From the NCBI GenBank assembly GCA_036172245.1, contig JAYWIR010000014.1, positions 2,666,001-2,730,000 on the forward strand: 64,000 nucleotides of DNA, in the 5' to 3' direction. Both the position numbers and the translations under genes were made by a program. The first letter of the stretch is position 1. Every line of letters begins with the position of its first letter. The DNA is from Raillietiella orientalis (taxonomy: Eukaryota). The notes under the pieces were generated by a model. It saw nothing but the letters and a program-made list of their open reading frames with translations. It was not told where the DNA came from and ran no database searches. Of the stretch, positions 24,401-34,791 are shown piece by piece.

Positions 24401-27400
24401 CGGGAGAAAGCCTTCCTGGAGGACGAACTGCACCTCATTTTCCCCTCCTCTCCCCTCCCCCCCTAGTAGCAACAGCAGCATCGCGGAAGTGGCCATTCTT
24501 CTCGCATGCCCGTTGCCAGGATACGTAGCGAGCGCTCCCGGAGGTTCTTCCCCTGCCTAAGGCGCCGTCCACCTGAAAGGTGGGCCGGGGAAGAGCGGGA
24601 CGCTTCCTCCACTTCCTCCTCCTTCCCCCAAGGGTAACCCGAGGTGACGAGGGAGGAGCCGGAGGCCCCTCTCGCTTGGCCCGAGGGTCGGTGGGCGTCT
24701 CTGCTGTCACCCCGCCCACTCATCTGACTCCTCCTCGGAGACTGCCGCCATTCCTCCCCCTCCCCTTTCCCCGTAGGGGTGATTCCGGGAGCTCCCGATG
24801 GCCGCCCTCACGGTGGGTGGCTGCTGCTTGGCGGCAGCTCGGGTGTGCCGCCCCTTCTGGCGGCAGACCACGCGGAGGTCATCGTCTCGCGAGATGTCCC
24901 CGTGCGCCCTTCCCGCGCTCCCCCGGATGGTGGCGCCGCTGCGGACGGAAGCGCGGGCGCCGCTGGGAGGACCGGAGGGGATCCGGTCACCGGGAGGAGG
25001 AAGGGTGAGGTGAGGAGTGGGGTGGAGGGTGGGGGGCGGGAAAAGACCACCCGCCGCCATGTCTTCTTTCAAGAGTGCCTGAACGCCTGCGTCCTGCTTA
25101 GGTATCGTGGGTGCGGCTGAGGGACCACCGCATCCTGACCATCGGCTCCCAAACCTACACCAACGACAGGAGGTTTTTCGCAACCCAAGAGACGAGCCCG
25201 AAGGTAAAGGGAGCGGAGGCGCGCCCCGCCGAGGACCCACGTGAGCCTCCGCAGGAGTCCTCACGCGCCCTGCAGCGGGGCGGCCGCCGGCCGAGACGGG
25301 CTGTGGATCCGTCCGTCCCTTCGCGCGAGCTCCAGACGGTTACCGCAGACGAACCCGCGCACTCTTTGCCTCCTCCCAGTTCAACCCCTGCCGGCGCTGG
25401 GAGAGCGCGCCCTCGAACTTGCGCGGCCCTTGTGGCTGGACCAGACGAAGCTGCGGCCGCTCCGAAGACGACCGCCGGCCCTTTCCCTCCGAACGCGTCG
25501 TCGTATGTCCCTGTCGGGTGTCCCGAAATGGCCAGAGAAGCGAAAGTCCTTCCCTCCCCCCCCAAAAAAAGGAAAAAAAAAAATGGAATACTCGTATGCG
25601 CGTCGCCGCCGCGCAGCAGCTCGGGCGCGCAGCATCCGACAGGGTCCCGACCCACGGCAGGCAGCTGCGTGCGGCCGCGGGGGATGCGGCGGTCGCTTCC
25701 CGGGGAGGGCGGGAAGTTTTCCCTCCCGTCTGCTTCGATCAGGCGCCTCGGAGGCTTCCCGAGAGCCGGGACGGGGCGCAGACATCTTCCCGAGTTCGCG
25801 GAGCCAACAAAGGGAGCGTGCGCCCACGCAAATGGATGACGTCAGTAATGAAACTCCTCACAGGGTTGCCAGGGACACTTTGTCTTCGAGCCAAAGTTTT
25901 TTCTTTTTCTCCTCCTCCTCCTCTCCTTCTCCGCAGTTACCCGAACGACGGAGCTTGCGGTGATTGATGGACCTCGCTCCATCTCAGCAACAATCAGCGT
26001 CGGTCCAGCGCTGCTCGGCTTCCGCGGATTTCTCGGGATGTTTGGAGCTCGGACTGCAGGGGAAAGGGTTGAACAAGCAGTGACGTGTTTGGTACATCTG
26101 CAACGTGTCGAGAATACGAGAGCGGAGATTATCCCGGGCAGTGCTGTAACTCTTTTTTTTTTCCTTCTTCTCCTCATCTTCCTCGAGACAGGGCGCGAGG
26201 AAGAATGTGCGGTTCCTTCCTTCCTGCGGAGGCGCCTCCTCGAAAAGTCCGTCGCGGGAGAAGGCTTCTGCCAAGTCCCGGACTCCCTGGCCCCGGCGGT
26301 GCCCAGACGGAGGTCCGCGAGGGCTCTGCGCCCCGCGGAAACGTCGCTTCCACGATTCCGCACTCCGGACACGCACCGCGGCTCCTGCAACACATGAGCT
26401 CGTCGAGGCAGTTGCAGCGAAGGCAACCAGGTCCCCGGGAGCAGTGCAAATGAGTCCGGTCACGCACTCGAGAGCTGCTCCAGATTTCCCATGGTTCCAG
26501 TGTGCACCAACGCACCGGAGTCACGAACGGCGGCCGTGTGGGCACAGGGGAAGACTTCCAGCGCCAGACACATGCTTGTGCGCGCGCTCCAGAAGAAGGG
26601 GAAGAGGAGCGGAGGAAGGAGGAGCAGGCATCCCCCTCGCTTGCTGTGCGGTTGGCGGAGCGCGCTGCTGGGAAACCGGTCGCCGACGGGACCGCTTCGG
26701 CGCAGGAGCGAGCGCACCGAGACATCCCCATCCCCGCTCGGTGCGCTCGGCTGGAAAAGCGCAAGGTGCGCCGCCCTGCCGGGCGATCACGGCATTCGTG
26801 CCTTCCCGATCGGCCGCGATCCGGTTGAATGCGCCTCCTCCTGTTCAGCCCTGCTTTTCTCTCGACCGCCTCTTCCCCGAGAGATCGAACGAAAGACGAG
26901 AAACAAAATAGAAAACAAAAACAAAGAAACAAAAAAAAAGAAAGAGAGAAAAGAAAGAAGGGAGAGGGAGGGAAGGAAAAAAAACGAACAAAAAGGAGAG
27001 GAAAGGAGAGAGCGCGCTTGCAGCTCCATCTCGGAAAGAGGCATACGCGATGCTCAACTGTTTTACAGCTGGTCCTAATTTCGTTAACGACTGCATGCAT
27101 CCGAACATCTCCCGCTCGAATCATGAATTCTGCTCATGCAGGGCGCAGTTTCCCCGGCCGAGTCTCGTTGCATCCCACCCACGGCTCCCCGTGACGTTCA
27201 TTCGCCTCTCGGACGAGCGCGCGGCGCGAATTCGAGGGGAGAGAGGGAGGGGCGTGCGTCCACTGCAATCCCTCCCCTCAGCGCGCGGAGGCACAGAGGA
27301 GTTCGGGGAGGATGGAAGAGGAGAGAGAGGGATCTTCCCCCCCTCCTCCTCCCCGAGGTGGTGGTGGCGATGGTGCGGACTCCCGTTCCTCCTCCTGCTG

Positions 27401-28330
27401 CCCTGCAGTCCCGACCGCGCGGGTTCTCCAGCCATTAAAGCCAGCAGCTGCGATAAGAAGCGTCTCCCTCCTCCGGGGCGGAGCGGGAGAAACCCTCTCG
27501 CGTCACAGGGATTGCGGAGTCCTGAAAGAAGATCCGAGGGCGTTTAGCGAGTCAGCTGGAGACACCCTCCCCCCTGACCGCAAGCTGCGCGTGTGTTCCA
27601 GGAGTGGATGCTGCACATAATGAAGCTGCGCGAGAATGATGAAGGATTGTACCAGTGTCAGGTCTCCTCTCATCCGCCTGCGGTCGCGCTGATCCAGTTG
27701 ATCCTGTTAGGTGATTGCTCCTCCTCTCTTCCTCCTCTTCTCTTCTCTCTTCCTCCTTCTTCCTCCTCCCCTTCCCTCCCCCTTCCTCCCTTCCTTCCTC
27801 TCCCGCGCGCACGTCCTGTTTTCCCGCCTCACCCGACTGCTTTCCAGAATCAGAGGCCGTCGTCCTGGGAGACAGGGAGAAGGTGGTCATGCCCGGAAGT
27901 GCCTTGAACCTGACCTGCCTCGTGTGCGGGCTGAACGAGCCGGCGTTCGTGTTCTGGTACTTGGACGGGAGGATGATCAATTTCGCCGCGGAGCTGAGTA
28001 GCTCCGTGAGGACTAGTGGCTTCGTCAGCGAGCTCTTCATCCCGAGCGTGGGCAAGGCCCACGAGGGTAGCCTCTCCTGCGCCCCGGCCAACAGCAAGCC
28101 GAACAGCATCTCCATCCACGTGGTCAAAGGCAAGCGGGGGAGGGGAACTCGGAGGCGAGGGGCAGGGGACCGCCCCTTCGCCAGACGGGATGGCCGCAGC
28201 CGTTCACCGCAGCTCCGGAAGCGGCCACCACTGGCGCCGCCTCCGCCGCCACTTCTCCCTGGTGTTCGCGTCATCTTTGCTGGCGCTGGCTCCGTGCTGC
28301 ATGTTGCCGTCCATTCGGATGAAGCCATGA
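18341..28330 (+). CDS. dpr: Dpr-family (defective proboscis extension response-like) two-Ig-domain cell-surface protein, 6 coding exons, 318 aa
   Basis: Exons 18341-18428, 21905-22134, 25102-25203, 27602-27710, 27848-28129, 28185-28330 (957 nt, phases consistent). Signal peptide MRFLVMVLHLGLLRMVLA. Ig1 reads ACPVNSTGKEL/VSWVRLRDHRILTIGSQTYTNDRRF/EWMLHI..DEGLYQCQVS. Ig2 reads GSALNLTC..PAFVFWYLDGRMIN..SCAPAN. Hydrophobic C-terminal tail. The specific paralog cannot be assigned. Confidence 0.9.
21073..21560. repeat. Cryptic alternating purine-pyrimidine (TG/TA/CA/CG) low-complexity tract in a dpr intron
   Basis: ~490 bp dominated by TGTA/CATA/TGCA/TACG words. Directly visible. Confidence 0.85.
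21905..22134 (+). CDS. dpr: dpr-like coding exon 2 (start of Ig1)
   Basis: Ends ...VHVAETGAATRVACPVNSTGKEL followed by GTAAGT. The 5' acceptor (CCCCAAG) is less certain. Confidence 0.8.
22500..22900 (-). mobile_element. Decayed LINE RT core fragment in dpr intron 2
   Basis: GAQGEGGSALSPLF (QG..LSPLLF-like) followed by AHDDDW, matching TYRDDDW of copy D. Confidence 0.5.
25102..25203 (+). CDS. dpr: dpr-like coding exon 3
   Basis: VSWVRLRDHRILTIGSQTYTNDRRFFATQETSPK, the hallmark Dpr Ig1 motif. CTTAG acceptor, GTAAAG donor. Confidence 0.93.
27602..27710 (+). CDS. dpr: dpr-like coding exon 4
   Basis: EWMLHIMKLRENDEGLYQCQVSSHPPAVALIQLILL (Ig D-x-G-x-Y-x-C motif). TTCCAG acceptor, GTGATT donor. 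Confidence 0.92.
27848..28129 (+). CDS. dpr: dpr-like coding exon 5 (Ig2)
   Basis: ESEAVVLGDREKVVMPGSALNLTCLV...FVFWYLDGRMINF...SCAPANSKPNSISIHVVK. TTTCCAG acceptor. Ends at an AG/GCAAGC donor. Confidence 0.9.
28185..28330 (+). CDS. dpr: dpr-like last exon (GPI-signal-like tail)
   Basis: DGMAAAVHRSSGSG...FSLVFASSLLALAPCCML..stop. Resembles the Dpr PAAMQ linker plus hydrophobic tail. Requires the GC-AG intron 28130-28184. Confidence 0.75.
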
Positions 28331-31300
28331 ACGAGCGCAACAGTGCGCTCTCCCTTCCCCTCTTCACCTGCCCGTCCGCCCACAACCCCATGCCGCCGCT
28401 GCCGCCGTCCAGGAGAAGCCCCTCCCCCCCCTCCCTCCGATTGCCTGGAGGCGGACTGGCTGCCTCGCTCCCGGTCAATAAACGGAAGAGACGACGGCAG
28501 CGTCCTTGTCGCCGTGCGACCTCGCCCTCCCGCCAACGGGCGTCCGCTCCCGCTGCGCAACGAGCAGTGCGCGCAGCGTGCGGAAGAGCATCACGGGGGC
28601 ACTGCGGGCCCCGTGTTCGAGGAAGACAAAAAATCCTCTTCTCCTCCTGCACCTCCCAGGAAGGGCGGAGCGCCGTTCCTCCTCGACCCTCCTCCCAGGG
28701 CGGCCCCTGGCGACGGAGGCGCTCGCCGGTCCACAGCAATGCAGGGTGGGCCGAGTCCGCTGGCTGGGGGAGGAGGGGGCAGCTTCTCGCCCTCGGTGGA
28801 CCGCGGGGAGTGAGCGCTCAGGCGTCTGGAGACCGTTCCGACGAAGGGGGAGGGAACCTCCTGGAAGCCAGGCACCGCGCGGCACCGGAGATGATCTCTC
28901 TCGGGCGAGCGATGGCCGTGCCAGGTGCGCTCCCGCTCTGCCCTCTGCTCTCCTGCGAGGAGCAGGTGGGCTGCACCGTCATCTCTCCGAGGACTTCTGG
29001 CTCTCCAAGGCGCCCTCACGCGCGGCTCCGCACGCAGACTGCGGCAACGACACCTGTTCCGCGGTTCAGGGGGGAGGAGGAGGCGGCTGCAAAAGGGGGG
29101 AAGGGGGGGGGAGAGGGCAGCTGCAGGAGGTGGCCGCGCACCTCCTTCAGAGGGAGGAGGGGCGAAGGTGAAGGGGATACGACCGGCCGCGGGGCAGCAC
29201 GCACGGCCCTCGCAGGGAGGGGAAGGCGGGCGGCTCCTAAGGCAAGGAGGCGGCGTGGGCATGCGAAGGGGTTGGGAGAGAGAGAGCGGCAGCAGCTTAG
29301 CCGCATCGAGAGGGGGGCAACTCCCAGGTGTGCGACGGAGAGCCACATCCGTCCGCCCATCTCCCTTCCTCCCCTGGGAGCCACGCCATGACAGCTCCTC
29401 GTGACCCGCTAGCTGGGGACGCGACGGAACGCGCTCCCAGGTCAATGGAGCTGAAGCCTCCTCCAACCCCTATCCTACCCCTTCCTTTCCGTTGTCCCCT
29501 GCCCCTTTCTTTCTCGCTTGCGGGGTTGCCCTCTTTCCGAGAGAGCCCTTTTTCCTCGGTAAGTGCCTTTTCCCTTGCCGTCCCTCCGTGCTCCTGCTGG
29601 GAAAGGACGGGTGGCCGTGGAGAGAGAGGACCTGAGGAAGCCGACTCGAAACGCGGGCTCGCATCCAGAGCGTTCCCGGTGCGTAGTCGCAGCCGGTCGC
29701 GCCCGAGGGGAGAAGGGAGCGCACGGCTTCCAGCTTTCCGCAGTCCTGGGAGGCATCCGCTTCTACTCCTGGAGATCCTGGATGCGGCGGGGACAACAGC
29801 AGCACCAGCAGCAGCCGAGGCAGGAAGCGGCAGGAGCGTTCCACTGGGAGATGCGCTTCCGCGGCCGTTCGTCTCGGGACAAGCGCGTCCCAGCTGCTCT
29901 GGTCTCGGAGATCTCGTAGTGTCGTATCTGGCAACCCTGCTAAGCGGAGACGGCAGCTGCCTCCAGCGATCGGAAGCGCAGCAGCAGAAGGGGGCGGCTT
30001 TTTCTCGGGGAGGGAAACACCATCATCCTGAAGGGGGTGCTGGACCGAGACTTAGGACCTCCTCTAGGGGTCCTGCGGGAAGAAAGGGGGTCAGTTCCTC
30101 GCTTCCTCCCCGACCAGAAACCTCTGAGTCGAGGGAGAGGCGAGGGAGCGCACTGGCCGCGTCACGTGCCGGGTCCTCGACCGTGAACCCGGCAACGCTG
30201 GGGGAGTTCACGGAGGTCTGAGGGGAAGTCCCTCCCTCCTGGGAGACTCCCGCCGCCCTTCCCGGTCACGCGCTCAGGTGCTACCGGCTCTCTACGAAGG
30301 GTTGCCATTCGCTCCCAGGCAAGACTCCCTCCTTCTCGGAGTCGCTTTGCCCTCTTAACGGGAGCCGAACTCCTCTGAGACTCTGACCTCTGAACTCCTT
30401 GCCCGGCTCCCGAGGGGTCGGAAGGGGGTTGAACCCAGGGTGGGCAGAGAGTGCGAGCGGAGCGAGAGCGGGAGCTCCGCTCGATCCCTACCGTTATCCC
30501 CGGGAACGCGTCGCGCTATTCTCTCGCTGCCTAGCGGTAGAACAGGTGGAGGGCGCGCGCGTTCCCGGGGCCGGAGGAAGGCATGCGAGTAGGAGGCCTG
30601 CCCGGCATCGCGAGGAGGAAGGCCACTTTGCCTATCCCATGATTGCGTACCAGTGCGATCTTGCAGAACTTATCAGAGGAAACTTTTTCGTGGATGCAGG
30701 GATGTGGAAATGCGGGGACTCTTGCGATGGGAGGTGAACAACCCATTAAAGTAAGCTCGCAAACCTCTTCATGCTCAGAAGCAATTTGTTCCAATGAAGG
30801 TGAAGGCGGTTGCCACTGAATTACTCATTACCAGTGCATCAGTTCTGATGGTAGTGTCTCGTTGCCATGTTATTATGGTGATTCATTCTGTCTATACGAT
30901 TTTGTCTTTTTTTTTTGTTTATTTCTTGGGAATGTTTTCCATGAGCGGTGGTTAGCCAAAGTTAATACAAAGTGAATTGGTTATTCGCATCGGCAGAACT
31001 GCAAACGCTCGAAGAAAAAAAAAAAAGAAGAAAAGAAAGAAAGAAAGGAAGGAAGGAAAGAAAAAGAGAGAAAGAAAGAAAATATGGTAATTCTGCACGA
31101 CACATTTCGGATGTACCTTTCGGAGAGGGAGGGAGATAAAAATAAAATAAAATGAGTGATTAAGCCAAATCGAGCATGGAATGCTCACGAGAGGATCAGG
31201 CCATCTGAAAAACGAAGAGCAGATCGAGTTGGCGGAGGCGCGGCACGCTACGGGCGACAGCCGCACTGCGCGGTTCTGCTGCTGCCCGTGATCGCGAGGT

Positions 31301-31693
31301 GTGCCAAAGATGCGGATGCAGGTCGCTGCGTCTCCTCGTCTTGCAACCGATTTTTTCTCGGTGATTATCGACCGGGATCGAAAACAGCCCACGTGTTTGC
31401 CAGACTGGAGTGCTAGGGGATGCAGCAGCAGCAGTCACTCTTTGCAGCAGCCCAGCACCTGTTAATTGCCCGTGCTGTGGGGGTCGTCGTTAAATGGTGC
31501 TGGCCTGGGCTCGCGGACAGCATTGTGCGAGTTGCCGGAGATGGCTGCGGTCTGGGCCTAAGCATTACGGGCTGATTCGTCGCCGCGCTCCCACAGTTGA
31601 CTCGGTGTTCCCCTGTGAAACCTAAATGATTCCGACATACCAAACGTGTGAAATCGAACAGCATTTGACTTCAAGAAGTGAACTTGTTCTGGT

Positions 31694-33108
31694 ATGGCAT
31701 TGTGCACCCTGGGTCACCCGAATGGATTCCATATTTTACTTTTAATTACATTCGCGGGACTCATTGCTCTCCAGTTCCTACTGACGTCCGTGTACAAGAA
31801 TGCAGACTATGCTGCCTTGTTTTCTTTTGAGCCGGTGCCGGAGGATCAATTTAGAATGATGCTCCTCCAAGCCTCCTTTTGTAATCGCCTTAGAGCGACA
31901 AATTCAAGTGTCCAGTTGAATGGAACCCAAACGAGGAATGCATCCATCGAAGACTGTCCCATTGTTCCGAATAATTTGGGTAAGCCTAAACTTTTGAAAC
32001 CTAATCTTGCAACAGGCAATTCAGCATTTCGATATATGCTAACATGCACCCCATTTCAGTGGGGAATACTCGGCCAAATCTGAAGCTTTTGAGTATTGAA
32101 GAGCAAGAGAAGTTGTTTACTGGCCTGGAATTAGGCGGATGGTATAAACCGAAATACTGCAAAGCAAGACATAAAGTTGCAATTATTGTGCCTTATCGAG
32201 ATAGATTAAAATTTTTACAAGTGTTTCTATTGAATCTGCATCCATTTTTACAGCACCAACAACTGGAGTATGCTATTTATATTATTGAACAAATGGGTAG
32301 GCAAATTTACTTGCAATAAGGTAACCTTTGTTAGAAACAGAAGCTAATTCTATGTAATAACCTTTTTACAGTGGAATCTGTAGCTTAATTTTTCAATACG
32401 ATGACTCCTCTAACGACTAGATTTTAATCCAATACAAAAGAAATTTTTTATTGTAGTTATCTTGGAACACTATTAATGACTGATGTAATCCAGGAAATCA
32501 GCCATTCAACAGAGCCAAACTCTTGAATGTGGGCTTTAAGGAGAGTTTAAAATTCCATCCTGACTGGACATGCTTCATTTTCCATGATGTGGATTTGATC
32601 CCAGAAAATGATTACAATCTATATGTTTGTTCAACACAACCACGTCACATGAGTGTGGCAGTAAGTAGCCTATTTTACAGGTAAGAACATACATCTCAAC
32701 GTGAAATGCACCAAAAGCAACATAGATTACCATACTTGGGCATATTTGGTGGTGTATGTGCAATGACAAGGAAGCAGTTTGAAACTGTCAATGGTTTCAG
32801 CAATAATTTTTGGGGCTGGGGTGGGGAAGATGATGATATGAGCCAGCGAATCCGTTTACAGAATTATCACATTGCACGTTACCCCTCCAATGTAGCACGT
32901 TATTACATGTTGAAGCATGCTGCAGCAGGAGCTAATCCAAAGAGGTTCTGTATATTTGCTATCCCTAAAGGATTATGTACAAAATAGATTCAATCTCCTT
33001 AGGAAGACAGACAGTCAATATCTGAAGGATGGGCTTAATAATTTAACCTATAAAGTACATCACATACAACTGGGTCAGTTGTATACATGGATTTATGTGC
33101 ATATCTGA
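31694..33108 (+). CDS. beta4GalNAcT: GT7 beta-1,4-N-acetylgalactosaminyltransferase (beta4GalNAcTA/bre-4-like), 5 exons, 349 aa
   Basis: Exons 31694-31979, 32060-32296, 32494-32680, 32726-32944, 32988-33108 (1050 nt). Type II TM anchor. GT7 motifs VAIIVPYRDR, PFNRAKLLNVG, FHDVD, PRHM, LPYLGIFGGV, NGFSNNFWGWGGEDDD, DGLN. Confidence 0.95.
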
Positions 33109-33118
33109 CTGAAAGTTT

Positions 33119-34791
33119 TTAACAATCAACATACTGGCAGAAGTTTCTTTCAACTAATTGGGCAGCTATGCTCTTTTCCTGAGTTGGAGAGAATGGAACT
33201 TCCTCTTACAACTCTCTGTCTCACCTGATTTGGATCCTGCAATTCAACCCTGTAAATGCCATCAATGCAATCCACAACAGTCAAAGAAAGAATGTTTTTG
33301 CGGGTAGTACAATCCTCAAAGTAATAAGTTGCTTCATCTTGCCAAGTTCCCTCTCTGAAATGAGAGAAATAAACATGGTTTATTTCCTGCAATATTTGTG
33401 TACCTAGGCTGCACATGGGCTAAGTGACACTGAATGGCCTGGAAAGGCAATGTGAGGAATTCTTCCCTTAGTGTGCGCAAATCAGTTACATCAACAGCAA
33501 ACATGTCACCAAAATCCTTATAAAAAACGAGACATTTTCCCTCCATCTGTTGCTGTACTTGAGCACGATACCAATAACTGTCATTTAAAAAAGGTGCTGC
33601 CACGAGGCTGCCAAATTCCAGCTGAAAAAAGTGCATTTCATTTTCCAGTTGTCTACTCCTGCAGGGTCCTACTTCTACAGCCTTATCTTCTTCAAGGTTT
33701 TTTGAATAATGCTGTGTCATACTCTTAACTAAATTATCCAATTCCAAATCAGCTATTTCAGCCAGCTGTATCCAGAAGTGCCCAGGAGTATTTACAGATG
33801 CTACATAAACATTTGCTGAAGTACCTGGTGCTCCTAACAATTGTTGTTCAGGCATTGTTACTTCATTTTTGGCCTACAAATATATGAATACAGGTCAATA
33901 TATGAAATCGAACATTACATTAGCATTTATTATATTATCCTGACTTGCTGTCTTCTCACACAATGGTTTGGAATCTGTTTCCATTGATGACCCTTGTTCT
34001 TCCAAAGAATGTTGTATCATTCTATGAGCAACATCAACTTGCTCCTGAGTACCTTTCAATGTTATGTTCCGCTCTAAAAGAAAAAAATTATGCACAGCAT
34101 GGAGAAAAAAGACATTACCAGATGCACTCTGACAAGCATCTAGGTATACTTTTGCCTTCGAAACTTTCGTAATGTATTTTATGTTTGCTCCATTTTTCCC
34201 AATAATTTTTCCACAGGCACTCTAATCATGGCTTGTGAATATGTTTGCTGATATATCACTTACCTGTGGTACGGAAAAATTCACTGTCTTAATTTTAGGC
34301 TGCTCAGCCATCAAATTCAATATCAGACTCTGTGCCAAATACACACTTTTACTGTCACCTATGATAATGCATCTGGCTTTACTCTGTCCATCTAACCAAA
34401 GTAATATTAATTTCAATATTTTGGGCTGATAGGCACGATATTACACATATCACACCTCTGATTCAATTAATTTACTAAATAACGCATACCCTTGTCTTTG
34501 AAGTGAATACGAGTATCTGATTCATCTTGAATTGTCTTAATAGTTTTTCCATTTTTTCCTATTAGAATTCCAATCAGATCCTCTGGGATTTCTACTTCAA
34601 GTGTAAATGGATACAGGCTTTTTACTTCCTTCACTTTATGAATAGCAAACTGCAAAAACACGTAAATCACAAAATCTGTTTAGCATTCTCACCTTCTTTC
34701 TATAAATGTATGCCAGTATCGCTATGCTGGTAGCTGCTCCAAGGCTTGCAACAACATTCACTATCAGTCTGTTAGGGATCTGATTTAGCAT
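33119..34791 (-). CDS. TDRKH: Papi/TDRKH Tudor and KH domain-containing protein (piRNA biogenesis), 9 exons, 417 aa
   Basis: Exons (-) 34791-34693, 34649-34490, 34391-34264, 34221-34119, 34073-33919, 33873-33673, 33621-33404, 33354-33225, 33178-33119 (1254 nt). N-terminal TM (IVNVVASLGAATSIAILAYIYRKK). Two KH domains (IGKNGKTI, IGKNGANI). Extended Tudor (VYVASVNTPGHFWIQ, DSYWYRA, DFGD, LPFQAIQCHL). Confidence 0.92.

Noticed and set aside
27715..29391. 558-aa ORF as a stand-alone gene
   Set aside because: Only 27848-28129 is real (dpr Ig2). The rest is intron and GC-rich read-through with low-complexity R/G/P/A composition.
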